Shown here: positions 23,069-35,061 of the stretch, piece by piece
Numbering within the stretch: the stretch's first letter is position 1
Layout of the letters: every line of letters begins with the position of its first letter
DNA from: Kudoa neothunni
Lineage: Eukaryota > Animalia > Cnidaria
Direction of reading: 5' to 3'
DNA: 41,878 nt
Assembly: GCA_964304625.1 (NCBI GenBank)
Contig: OZ199839.1
Coordinates: forward strand, 4,812,759-4,854,636
The notes under the pieces: model-generated
What the model saw: the letters and a program-made list of their open reading frames with translations, nothing else
Databases searched by the model: none
What the model was told of the DNA's origin: nothing
Translations under genes and position numbers: made by a program

Positions 23069-24960
23069 CTAACGCAAAAGCCCCACTTCGCGAGGGCTTC
23101 CTTTCCAGCCAAGTAGGCTAACACCTGGCTCAGACTAAAGCCTTTTTGATTTTTAAGTAAATGGCGCTAATGCCCAGTTTGGCCTGGTACAGTGTGATAG
23201 AAAATTTTAACTTTTTTATTTTTCAATGGAGAAATTTTACGGAAGAGTTAATCTAATCAGCACTTTAAACCCTGTAAATTTTGTTTCTATTTTAATTTAT
23301 GCATTTTAAAGCTTGTCATTATTTTTGCAATGTGATGATTTAGATAAACGAAATTATGCGCACCACTTTCCATCCAAATATAAATAGAGGTATGGAAAGA
23401 AATTAATGAGTAGTTTTAACTTTATTTTACAAATTATTGACCAAAACTATGATGAACTTAATTTTAAGAGAAATGTAATTAGCGATTAAAGTTCAGTTAT
23501 TTATGAAACAAAATCATTAAGCAACTTAAGATTCCTCCGAAATATAAATATTAATTGTTACTCCTTTTTTCGCAATTTTATAATGATGCCAATGATGTTT
23601 TGAAAAGCCGTGAACAGTAACTTACGTATTCATTATTGTAACAAAATTTCCTGATTTATAAATAAATCCAACTTTGCTTTTTATCAAGAATACTTACTGG
23701 TTCAAAAATATGCACAGTTAATTAATAAAATACGATTAAATCCAAAACGTAAAGGTGTTTTTGGTTTGAAAAATTACAGTAATGCTTAAACATCAACTGG
23801 TTTTCTTGAAGGAATGGAATGCACCCTTTTAAAAATTAACGTACTGTTTGATTGCCCTAAAAATAATTTCTTTGTATTGAACTATTCTTAGATTAACGAA
23901 AACTATGTGAAAATATCGGTTAGATCGAATGGACCAATTATTTCTTATTAATCTACATGGCACGTATTGAGAGTGGACTGTATTTTGTGCAAAAGTAATC
24001 GTGAATATAAATTCATAAACTACGTATAGAATGAGGTGTCGCATACTTTTATGCAGCTTTTATATCATAATGAATTAATGCGAGCTTAAAGAAAACGGTA
24101 TATTGATTTGAATATTAACCTTAAGGTCTGGGGGTAAGGAATAATTAGGTTACTAAGAACTTAAACATTAGTTAGAAAATTGTCTCATCAAATTTAGAAA
24201 CTTATCGAATTATTCATGCCAGCTATTTTTCAAGTAAATTTGGGGAAAACCGAAAAATGAATAAAAACTTATCGAAAAGACGACTATAGTTCCAATCTCA
24301 ATCGATATTTTTGATAAAAAGGAATGTTCACATCTCAGGAATTCCAATGGAGCATAATTTTCGTTTAAGTTGCCACAAAAATTTTAATATTTAAAAGCTC
24401 TACACACATTTCATATCGTTTTTAGGATACATATAGAGTCTCAAATTATTCCAACGTGGCAAAAACTTGTAATCTCAAATTACATGTTTTATTTAAAATG
24501 ATCATAATGTATTTTGCTTAACTATATCAATAACGTTCGAAAAGAGAAAACGCTTATCAAATAACTTGTTTATGCTTCAAATTTAATGGAAATCCGACAA
24601 CTCTTGTAAATGTGACGTTAATAGTTTTATTTGTCTCAAAAGTACCCCAAAAAGGAACATGTAAAATTTTTATAACATTCTATATCATAATTAAGAGACT
24701 CTTTCTCTATATTTGGAGTAAAAGTTCATTTTATTTGGCTATCAATCAGAAGTAAACAAATAAAAATATTATTCAGGTGCTTTTAATCTGCTATTTGTGA
24801 GGACAACCAGAAAATTCCTTTTTTCGGACTGTGTTATTGACTATATTTATACTTCTAAGTGAATAATCGATTTTCAATAGTGGTTTATCTATTCAAATAC
24901 AAACTGACACACACTGACAGACATAAGAACTTTATTATGTGTATAGAATATAGATATAGA
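23069..24960 (-). mobile_element. Non-autonomous Helitron, copy 1
   Basis: On the minus strand it starts A|TCTATA and has a 5' (GT)-rich microsatellite. It ends with the GC hairpin AAGCCCTCGCGAAGTGGGGCTT followed by TTAG|T (variant of CTAG). Homologous to 29604-31266. Confidence 0.85.
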
Positions 24961-25718
24961 TTAAAGGCAAAGGTAGAAGAGGCATTTATATTTAGTATAA
25001 TAGCTTTAGGAACTTCAACTATTCAGAGTCTCATGCTCGTCGCACCCATAATTCGAAGGCATTGGCCTTAAATATGGTTTTATATTTGAATATATACAAA
25101 TTTAAAGATAATTCTACTTAAAATATAATTAATCGTCCGAAATTAACATTAATTATTTCAAAACATAATTCGATGTTTTCTTTTCCACCGCCACAAAAGC
25201 AAGTAACCTAATGAATTCTTTTTTATCCCATGATTTTGTATATTTATTTTTATAAAATGTTATGTGTTGTATATTTCACATTCCAAAAATTCGATTTTAT
25301 ATAATTTCGGAAGCCTTTTAATGCTTAACCTGTTAACTTTGGTAATGCTTTGTTTGTTTTAAGAAATGTTTAGTCTGTTGGCAATTAAAAGCTTTTGCTT
25401 CTCCCAGATATGGAACATTTATAATAAGCAATATTAACAAGTATTTGGTAAAGTAAATAAAACTAAACTTTATATTAAAAAAACAAACAAGCGATTACAG
25501 TTGGATGTATTTGTGTACCCCTCTACGAGACTGGAACCAAACAAACAAGTGATTTAAAGTTAAGTTCCAATAATATAGTGTCAAAGTCGGAACATCGGTA
25601 TGTATGCAATAATTAGGAATATCAAATTTTGAATTAATCATATAATAAACTATCCAATAAATCCAGTTTTTGTCCGAAAAAATACCACCGATCATTTACC
25701 TTATACTATTGGTTAGAA

Positions 25719-26176
25719 ATGGCGTACGACGAGGGCGAATTAATGCAGTCTGCTGCTTTATATTGTGCATCTCAATTGAACGCAGTAAAAACTTATCCAA
25801 ATAAATATAGAACGTAGACATTGAATCAATTTAGCTGGAGGCGGAGTTATCCATTATTGATGATCAAATCAACCGAAACGAACTCCAATATGATGAATGC
25901 ATGAAATTGTATAGACAAGAAAAAGTACGACATCTATCAGTATGTTACACGAGAGTTTATTAAATCGTTTAACTTCAATGTAGAATAGCTATTTTGTAAA
26001 GGCACAGCAAATAGATGACGTTAGTACCATGTAATACTCAATGAGTGATATTCTTATGAATAACTCACTCTAGATTGAAGGAACGTAAAAAGGAGTGCCA
26101 TCGAGAGCACGCCAAGCACACTGTTGCGTTAGCCAACATTATAGCCTCATTAAAGCAACCTTTAGGGTTGACTTAG
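25719..26176 (+). CDS. Small coiled-coil protein, 106 aa, 4 exons (paralogue B)
   Basis: Exons 25719-25784, 25835-25939, 25984-26030 and 26074-26176 give MAYDEGELMQSAALYCASQLNALEAELSIIDDQINRNELQYDECMKLYRQEKVRHLSNSYFVKAQQIDDVSTILKERKKECHREHAKHTVALANIIASLKQPLGLT*. About one third identical to paralogue A without gaps (hand count 32/98). Confidence 0.8.
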
Positions 26177-26358
26177 TGCCGCTAACATTAATTAGAAAAT
26201 GCTTCGATTTAGTGTCAACTCTTGTTAAATATTTAATCAGAAGTGTGTTTTTTGCTTCAACAATTAAATATCGTGGCAGATCAATTCAGTTAAAGAATAA
26301 CTTAGAACAATCATATCACAAATCAATAAAAAAAATTAAATAAAGCAAACAGATTGTT

Positions 26359-27084
26359 CTAACAATCGATAATATCAACTGGTTGAATTGGAACTGCTTT
26401 GGGAGGTTTAACATATTTATCCACATGAATCGGTCTTAAAATTCGGTCAAAACCTACCAAATCGATTGCATGGACTGTAGGTAGAATAACACGGATGCCA
26501 TTTTCATCCTAGAAACCAAATTCATTTAAAAATCGTGAATTTTCGAAACGATTGCCCTACATATTCCTCAGGAATTGATGGATGTTTTCGAAAATCTTCG
26601 AGGTATTTTTTTAAACGAGATCCAATATTTGAATTCAAATCTTCATCGGTTCTATTAGCTAAATAGTTATCAATTCCACCATCATCATCAATATCGTAAA
26701 GTGTTTCCACAGTGAGATCTATGGTCACATATCGATTCAGCGTATTGCTAAATAAACTGGCGGAAACTGTGTTCGCTTGCCATCTTAGATGGTACCTAAG
26801 AAACAGCTATTGAATCATTTTTTTGGTCAATTGAATAACGGTTCAGCATATAGCTTATAAGAGAAACCAGCTTCCCACACACTTCGTCCCCATAGCACAT
26901 TTAATTTAGGATCTGGCCGGAAACGTCGTGTTACGTATTTCTGTCGTTTAGGTGGGTTTCTTCTCTTTCTACTCTCAAGGTGATACATTCTTAAGATGTT
27001 ATTGTTAGAACTTTTGAATAGGGTTGTTGACGACAGTCCACACGCTCGTAGCATGATCAATTTAAACCAAACGGGCGTGCGCAT
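26359..27084 (-). CDS. MRPL28: Mitochondrial ribosomal protein L28 (bL28m), 3 exons, about 209 aa
   Basis: Introns 26796-26839 and 26509-26560. The protein has a basic presequence followed by LWGRSVWEAG..RWQANTVSASLFSNTLNRYVTIDLTVETLYDIDDDGGIDNYL..DLNSNIGSRLKK, matching the bL28/MRPL28 pattern. The start could instead be ATG 27054. Confidence 0.8.
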
Positions 27085-27190
27085 GCTGTTTTAAAATCAA
27101 TCATTTTTTATTTAAATTATCTTGGTTGCATTTATTACCTAATAACAAACGTAGGAATCGATTCAGTTTTAACCTAGCGTAAGGGGAGAT
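27085..27190. promoter_or_regulatory. Putative bidirectional promoter between MRPL28 and ATG13
   Basis: Only 106 bp separate the divergent start codons at 27084 (-) and 27191 (+). Confidence 0.55.
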
Positions 27191-28275
27191 ATGTCATCGG
27201 ACCCATCAAGCTGGTATGATGAAACTAACACAGCCATGACTTACTTGAGGAATTTTATATACAAAGTATATAAAAAATTGTTATGTGAACTAATTTACAC
27301 GCATGTTGACCATTACAACAAAATCTAATGTGCGTAGATAGTGGAACTTACTATCGGCTCCAGAATCAAGGGAGAAGACTCAGTGAATCCGGTTTGTGTA
27401 TCTTTAGATAATAATAACATAAAAATTAAACAACCAATAACGTTAAAATCAAACGATTCACCTAAAATGAATAGTTCACAAAGGAAAGAAAAGCTTTGGG
27501 TATTTTTATTTTAATTTCGACCAAGAATTGACGAATCGACCTAGTTTAATCTGGTTTTATCGAATACTCATCTATGTAGTCAATTTAGAAGAATTATTGA
27601 GAGTATAAATGAAAAAGTTTACTTTGCTAGATCTATACCGTCAGTTGTGGCAATTTTATTCACTTTGAAGTCATCGCAGCCACTTAGAAAAGTCTCATTG
27701 GACTTTTTATGTTATATAATTTTTTAGGATTTATATCATGAATCATTTGTTGAACTTTGGACCATAAGCTCCGAATATATTGATAGGTTTCTGGCTTTGT
27801 TATTTTCTGGATACTAATTTTATATGCACCTAGAGATGATAAATATCATTTTAATAATCCTATATTTTCTAAGGTTATTTCGGTTGACATTTCTATTGAT
27901 TTGATGAGTGGTAATTAGAATAATTACAACTCCAAAGTCTATTTGAAATTGTGCATTTTCCTAAGAACTATCCTGACAACATCAAAAGTACTGCCACTCT
28001 ATTCCGCCATTACAACAAATAATGATCAATATTACACCAACATGGAAATCAAGTATTCTTTTAGTTTAATCTCAATAAATAAATGTTGTTGTAGAGTTTT
28101 TGTTGACCGAATCCCAACTGTAGAATTTAATGATTATAGTATTTGTGGGGTTGCTTGATTACAAAATTAACTTTTGGAAGATTGTTCGAGCTATCTTATT
28201 GGAAAAATCAAGACTAAACGTTATATTTTAACAGTAGACGTCCGGTTTTCTATACCAAATAACAATTTAAAGTAA
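27191..28275 (+). CDS. ATG13: Autophagy-related protein 13 (HORMA domain), 8 exons, about 251 aa
   Basis: Exons 27191-27265, 27338-27499, 27545-27691, 27728-27786, 27834-27873, 27919-28052, 28095-28138 and 28181-28275 splice in frame. Motifs YLRNFIYKIVELTIGSRI, W|FNL, VELWTI, VYLKLCIFLRTILTTSKVLPLY and IGKIKTKRYILTVDVRF parallel the ATG13 HORMA motifs ([64 protein letters not shown]). The 3' end is uncertain. Confidence 0.8.
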
Positions 28276-29603
28276 AATTATCAAAATTATTTTTAATCTG
28301 AGGTATTTAATTGTTTACTTGCTAATATTTTTGATAGTTTATTTTTAGATGATTGTCTGAAGAGGTGATTAAGATCAGTTTATTGGGTAAATATTCCCTT
28401 TTTTTCATTTCTTTTATAATCTTTTGTAGAATCATATTCTTTATATACATTAAATGCTTAATCATTGCTGAATTTTTCCAACATATTTTCTTAATATTGT
28501 TTCTGCTTTTTATTCAGAAATATACAATAATCTTATCATAACGTTAGGACGGCATCATTTCTCAAAGGAGGGCTGTAAAAATTATTGTAATTATTTGTTT
28601 GAATTTCAAATTCGTTATTCTTCCTTACATTCATTACATTAAATTTGTCAACTATAAATTTCTTGTCTTTCCATATGTTTTAGCCACATTTCAGAAAGTT
28701 AATATAAAAACTAACTGATATAGCATAGGTGAACCAAGTTTCTTCATCATATCTGATCATCCATTGCTAAAAGGGGGAGGGGGATCTAGGTTGTATCTCT
28801 TGAAGAGTGAACAAAATATCTTTCCATATTCACATTTTAAACTTTAATTTTTATCTCAGCTTATTAATTTCGAACAATTTCACAGCTAAGTCAAAACAAA
28901 ACCCTATTACCTCGCATTATAACTTTATGTGCGATATCCAGACTTAAAATCTCGCCACATTAATGAGACAACTTGATATTTCAAGATAATATTCTTGGCC
29001 CACGTAGCATTCGTCAACTATTTTCTAAATTTTCGATCTATCCCATTGTTGAATGAAAAAATCTGCAGTCACATTAAAACATTCTTATGAAAGATGATAC
29101 CATTTTGAATCTCTACGACCCTTTACCTCTCACCACTCATAATAACTCGAAATGGAGCAAACGACGATTTTTAAACCAAATATCAATATTCTCATATTAA
29201 TTCTGAATCATCTTTCTTAACTAATGATATATATTTTATTATTAAATAAGTTGTTTCCTTTGTTAAATTAACTAATTATAAAGCTAGTAATTTTACTAAA
29301 AAATATAATAAATCAATCAAAATTTTACAAGAGTCGCAGTTTGAACCTATATCACACTTAATGTAAAGCTGATATACCATTTCTAAATATTTCCTAATTT
29401 GAACACAAAATTTGATCTGGATTGATTCCCTCTGCGAATTTGGTCGGTTTCCTACTTTTGTCGCTATTATACTTTATAATAATTTTATTTTTTAATTGAT
29501 TCTGGGTTGAAAAACATCCTAGTCTATCATGGCATTTTTAAGATTTTATCCAATGTATATTTCCTTGTAGATTAATTTAATTATTTAAGCTAATTATTAT
29601 ATA

Positions 29604-31266
29604 TCTATATAAATAATAAAGTTCTTATGTCTGTCCGTGTGTGTGTGCGTGTCAGTTTGCAGTAGTACGCATGTGCCATGGAGAAATTTCTTTAAATATA
29701 GCTGTAAGTTTGTATTTAAATAGATAAAACCATTAATGAAAATGGATCATTCACTTAGAAGTATAAATAGAGTCAATAACACAGTCCGAAGTAAGGAATT
29801 TTCTGGTTGTCTTCACATATAGCAGATTAAAAACACCTGCATAATATTGATATTTGTTTATTTCTGATTGATAGCCAAATAAAATGAACTTTTACTCACT
29901 ATATAGAAAAAGAGTCTCTTAATTATGGTATAGAATGTTCTAAAAATTTTACATATGCCTGTTCGGATTACTTTTGTGACAAATAAAACTATTAATGTCA
30001 CATTTACAAGAGTTGTCGCATTTCCTTAAAATTTGAAGCATAAACAAGTTATTTGGTATGTATTTTTTCTTTTCGAACGTTATGGATATAGTTAAGAAAA
30101 ATAGATTATGATCATTTTAAATAAAACACATAATTTGAGATAACAAATTGTTGCCACATTGGAATAATTTGAGTGTCTATATGTATCCTAATTATTCCTT
30201 ATCCCCAGACCTTAAGGTTAATATTCAAATCAATATACCGTTTTCTTTAAGCTCGCATTAATTCATTATGATATAAAAGCTGCATAAAAGTATGCGACAC
30301 CTCATTCTATACGTAGTTTATGAATTTATATTCACGATTACTTTTGCACAAAATACAGTCCACTCTCAATACGTGCCATGTAGATTAATAAGAAATAATT
30401 GGTCCATTCGATCTAACCGATATTTTCACATAGTTTTCGTTAATCTAAGAATAGTTCAATACAAAGAAATTATTTTTAGGGCAATCAAACAGTACGTTAA
30501 TTTTTAAAAGGGTGCATTCCATTCCTCCAAGAAAACCAGTTGATGTTTAAGCATTACTGTAATTTTTCAAACCAAAAACACCTTTACGTTTTGGATTTAA
30601 TCGTATTTTATTAATTAACTGTGCATATTTTTGAACCAGTAAGTATTCTTGATAAAAAGCAAGGTTGGATTTATTTATAAATCAGGAAATTTTGTTACAA
30701 TAATGAATACGTAAGTTACTGTTCACGGCTTTTCAAAACATCATTGGCATCATTATAAAATTGCGAAAAAAGGAGTAACAATTAATATTTATATTTCGGA
30801 GGAATCTTAAGTTGCTTAATGATTTTGTTTCATAAATAACTGAACTTTAATCGCTAATTACATTTCTCTTAAAATTAAGTTCATCATAGTTTTGGTCAAT
30901 AATTTGTAAAATAAAGTTAAAACTACTCATTAATTTCTTTCCATACCTCTATTTATATTTGGATGGAAAGTGTGCGCATAATTTCGTTTATCTAAATCAT
31001 CACATTGCAAAAATAATGACAAGCTTTAAAATGCATAAATTAAAATAGAAACAAAATTTACAGGGTTTAAAGTGCTGATTAGATTAACTCTTCCGTAAAA
31101 TTTCTCCATTGAAAAATAAAAAAGTTAAAATTTTCTATCACACTGTACCAGGCCAAACTGGGCATTAGCGCCATTTACTTAAAAATCAAAAAGGCTTTAG
31201 TCTGAGCCAGGTGTTAGCCTACTTGGCTGGAAAGGAAGCCTTCGCGAAGTGGGGCTTTTGTGCTAG
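29604..31266 (+). mobile_element. Non-autonomous Helitron, copy 2
   Basis: A|TCTATATAAATAATAAAG start, 5' (GT)n tract, 3' hairpin AAGCCTTCGCGAAGTGGGGCTT and CTAG|T terminus. Inserted at an A-T site with no TSD. Confidence 0.9.
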
Positions 31267-32240
31267 TTATTTTATGTAAAAATCTATATTAACTTTGATT
31301 TTGAGGAGTGAAGCAGTCAACTATCTCTCGGTGTCTCTGGGAACATAGTGATGATTTGAATCCATTTGGAAGTGAACTAAGTGACTGTTTCTCTAATTTT
31401 TACTTAATTTACTAATTCTTAATAAATAAAATCAGACCATATTCTATTAAAATAAAATATCAGAGCTCGGAGTCTTAATATTTACGTAAGTGGAGAATAT
31501 TATGAACTCTGAGCTTAGTCCTACAGCATAGTTTTTAGAGAGAATGAAATATTATGTTGATTTTATATCTTTAAAAGACAAAGAATTAGTGACTAAGTAA
31601 GTAATCAAATTTACAATTATATTTCCAATATGTGCTTAAGGGATTCTTGGTATGATATCAATATCAATGAATTTATGGGATTCTCAAGGGTGTAAATTCG
31701 AATGGTGTTGCACAAAGATAAGGAGGAGCCATTGATTAATATTTTTAGTTTCATTATAAATAAAGAAATATACTGAAGTTATATCCATGTAATCGATTCA
31801 GAAAAATATTGAGATCATTGAATTTTAACATTTAAGCACCAGTTTATGATGAAAAAATCATTAAAACTCTTCAAAATTATTAAGTTTTGTAACTTATGGA
31901 TAAGAATTTTCCATTATGTTCCTCACCAAATCTAGGCATAACATAGAAGATTAATTAATTTTCTTTCGAAGGCAATATCTATTTAGATAATATATACTAC
32001 AAAATTCCAAGAATGTGGCTTAAAATTTTTCTTGTGGAATAATTAAACATATGACTACGCTTTAAATATTATTCAATACCTTGGGAAGAACGGAGACCAA
32101 TCTACATTAAGATTATATTTTTGAGAAAAACGGTGTCGTCTTTTGCCATCCCATTATTTTACCAGCGAAGGATTATAATCGCAGGCAATTTTTTCTCTTG
32201 AAAACCTCACTCATATATCGTTACGAAAATGGCACAAATA

Positions 32241-32817
32241 TTAAGGGAATTTTGATCTAGAAGTTAGAACCATTACAATGTATTTATCATTCATAAAGTA
32301 GAAATCTGCTTTGTTTGACGTTCCTTTTGCTAAAAAAATATTCTCGCAACCTATATAATTAAAAAAAATATTTTTTATTTTCATCAACAGAACTTCTAAT
32401 TTTTCAAAGCATATTATGTCGAAATCCAATAGCCTGAGACAAGGTTGTACTAGTATCGTACAAGAGAGGGTGTGGATACAATCGACCAAATGATGGCATC
32501 TGTTTGTTCACTGCTACACCAAAAGATAGCAAATTGCTGTATCATTTAATATGGTAGATTTGACATCAATCAATGTTTTATTGATGAAAAAGCTCATGAT
32601 TAAATTTTCTCCGAGAAATTTCTAAATGCGTCTAAAACTTTTGCTAATGAAATAAAGATACGAGCAACAAAATTTTAAAAAGTCGCATAACGCATTCTCT
32701 AGAAACTTGAATATTCTCTCATCGATAGCATTACTAGAATGAAACTCATTTTTCTTCCGTAGAAGAGAAGAAATGGCAAGAGACTGCGAAGATTGTCATT
32801 GATTATTTTTCCCCATT
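32241..32817 (-). pseudogene. Degenerate reading frame of unknown family
   Basis: One minus-strand frame runs about 190 codons with only a few stops in very AT-rich DNA and includes ORF 32241-32489. No recognisable motif. Confidence 0.25.
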
Positions 32818-33484
32818 CACTCATGCGATTAATTTTTTAAAGTCAAATCATATCTTAGCTTTATTAGGATTTATCTTTTTATTATAAATGAATTTAAGTT
32901 AAACAGAAGCATATTTAAATTATCTAGAAGGTCTTTATTAATGTTTCCACTTCGATATTTACTGAATAGAGATAATATAGGATTAATATGCATAATAATC
33001 GTAAGTATTTATTAAGTTTACTCCACAGAATAAATTAATAATCTAAGAATTCATTTATAATAATTTTATGAATTTATTTATCCGAAAAATTTGGGATTAT
33101 ATCTACTCAAAATTAGTTACGGGTTTAAATGATCTAATAAAAATAATTCAAAATTCATTTTTATGTATAATTTTCTAATCCTAATCCAATTTTAGTCGTA
33201 TTAATTCCAAATTTAACATATCTAGCACAAAAAATATACGTTTCATCCGCCTAGTATCCTTGTTCGATAAAATTTTAAATAAACCGCTCACATCATATAC
33301 AAGGTCTCATCTATTGCTTAAATGAGTGGGCGCAGTGATTTAGCTTCAATCAAACATTTCCATAAATTTTGATAACATTATATTTTAGCAACAAAAATAA
33401 ACCGGCGTAATCTAGTCGAATTTTACACACAACAATTAAATATCCACCAAATAACAAAATTTAAAAACTCAATTTCTGTTGAAA

Positions 33485-35061
33485 TCAGCTTGATTTATTG
33501 AACGTGGGGGAGTTTTCGATGAGGAAATCGTCTCGAAATGCACCATTTTTGGCCAAAGAATTTACATTTTTCAACCCGTATGGTAAATGACCTTCAGTCA
33601 TATCTTTTTTGTTTGCGCTTAGTTTACTGAATATAGTCATTGCCTAGAAATTTTTCACGGAAATTTTTTATCAGAAAACATATTACTTGAGCAACCGACG
33701 ACGTGACATCATTCACGTTAGAAGGAAGTATAATAGTGTTCGATTCTTTGGCCAGTTTTGAAAAAGCAGAAATATACTATGAAATGGAAAAATATTCCAA
33801 TTAAAGATTGGCATGAATTAATACTTGTTCAGCAACCACAAGCGACGCCGCATGAGTACCACCCTAAATGAGTAAAGTTAAATTTCAGCAGTCGGTTCGT
33901 ATAGCAAAATTGAACAAACCTCATGTGATAACGAATCTGAAACAATTTTAATGGCCTTGGAACGAGCCTCTGCCTTCCTCATAACAGCTTCAGCTTCTCC
34001 AGTAGCTTGATTAATAGCAGCGTCTCGTTGTCCTTCAGATTCGAGTATGTATGCACGTTTTTTTCTTTCAGCCTCCACTTGCAATTGCATAGCTTCCAAA
34101 ATCTTGACGGGAGGTTGTACATCCTCTACAATCGCAGCAGAAACAATGGTGATAAAATTCAAAAATCTCATTTCATCAACAATTACTTATTTCATAACGC
34201 ATACATTCCAATCCCCAATTAACTGAAGCCTCTCTTATGGATTCTACATTTAGACAAGCAATAATACCATTACAGCTAAGAAAAGCAGCGCTATTACCAA
34301 TAATGCTGATATTTAAGCGCTCGCGTTCCTTGAATACATCGTCCAGGGTCATTTTTCCGATCTCTGAACGCATTGTAGTTTGGGCCAGTTGTGTTATTGC
34401 GTATTCATGATTTTCGATTCCGTACGATGCCTATCACAGAAAAAACATAGAATCTGTTTATTCAGAGCGCCACATTTAAGTAATCTCACTTTGTATGGAT
34501 CCAAAACCCGATAAAATAGCACACCGTCCAAATGCAAAACCACATTATCTTAATAAGCAAAGCAGGATAACTTTTGGGTTTTAATTATTGACATGGAATA
34601 CCTCGAGTGATGGCAGACTGAGAACCAACTTGAAAAGCTACCTCTTTCAAGCTATGCACATACTTTATTTTGTCAACAAACGGAATAACAATGTTAATTC
34701 CCTAAAATTCGAAAAACATTAGATAATTAAAAAAATGAATATCATCCATCATTAGAAAGGCTCATCATACCGCATAAAGAGTGGAATTAAATTTTCCAAA
34801 ACGTTCAACGATCCACGCTTCTTGTTGTGGAACAAAGTTTATAATCTATTATTGGATATAATTGCTCATACACTACTCATTGAGAATTAACTGTGTTTAG
34901 TGGAAGTTTAGTAGAGCTCATAGGTCGTGTGTAATTGTCAGCATTGATTCTAGCTTTTCCACCCTACGAAAACATATCCAAAAGGAAGAAAATTATTTAA
35001 GTTTAACCGCAAAGGTGGACATTCGCTTCACAACGCTAGAAAATTGGTTTACTCTGAGCAT
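33485..35061 (-). CDS. STOML2: Stomatin-like protein 2, mitochondrial (SPFH/band 7), 11 exons
   Basis: Spliced protein MLRVNQFSSVVKRMSTFA...LPLNTIINFVPQQEAWIVERFGKF...HSLKE...SAITRDNVVLHLDGVLF..DPYKASYGIEN.EYAITQLAQTTMRSEIGK...GLECMRYEIKD..AMQLQVEAERKKRAYILESEG...VAEQYISAFSKLAKESNTIILPSN..SVAQAMTIF. All introns are GT-AG. Confidence 0.95.

Noticed and set aside
23829-24044. Identical 71-aa ORF present twice (also 30292-30507)
   Set aside because: Both lie inside the near-identical Helitron segments. The identity reflects the repeat, and the peptide has no recognisable features.
25495-25695. 66-aa minus-strand ORF upstream of paralogue B
   Set aside because: No motif or splice support. It lies in the likely promoter region of paralogue B.
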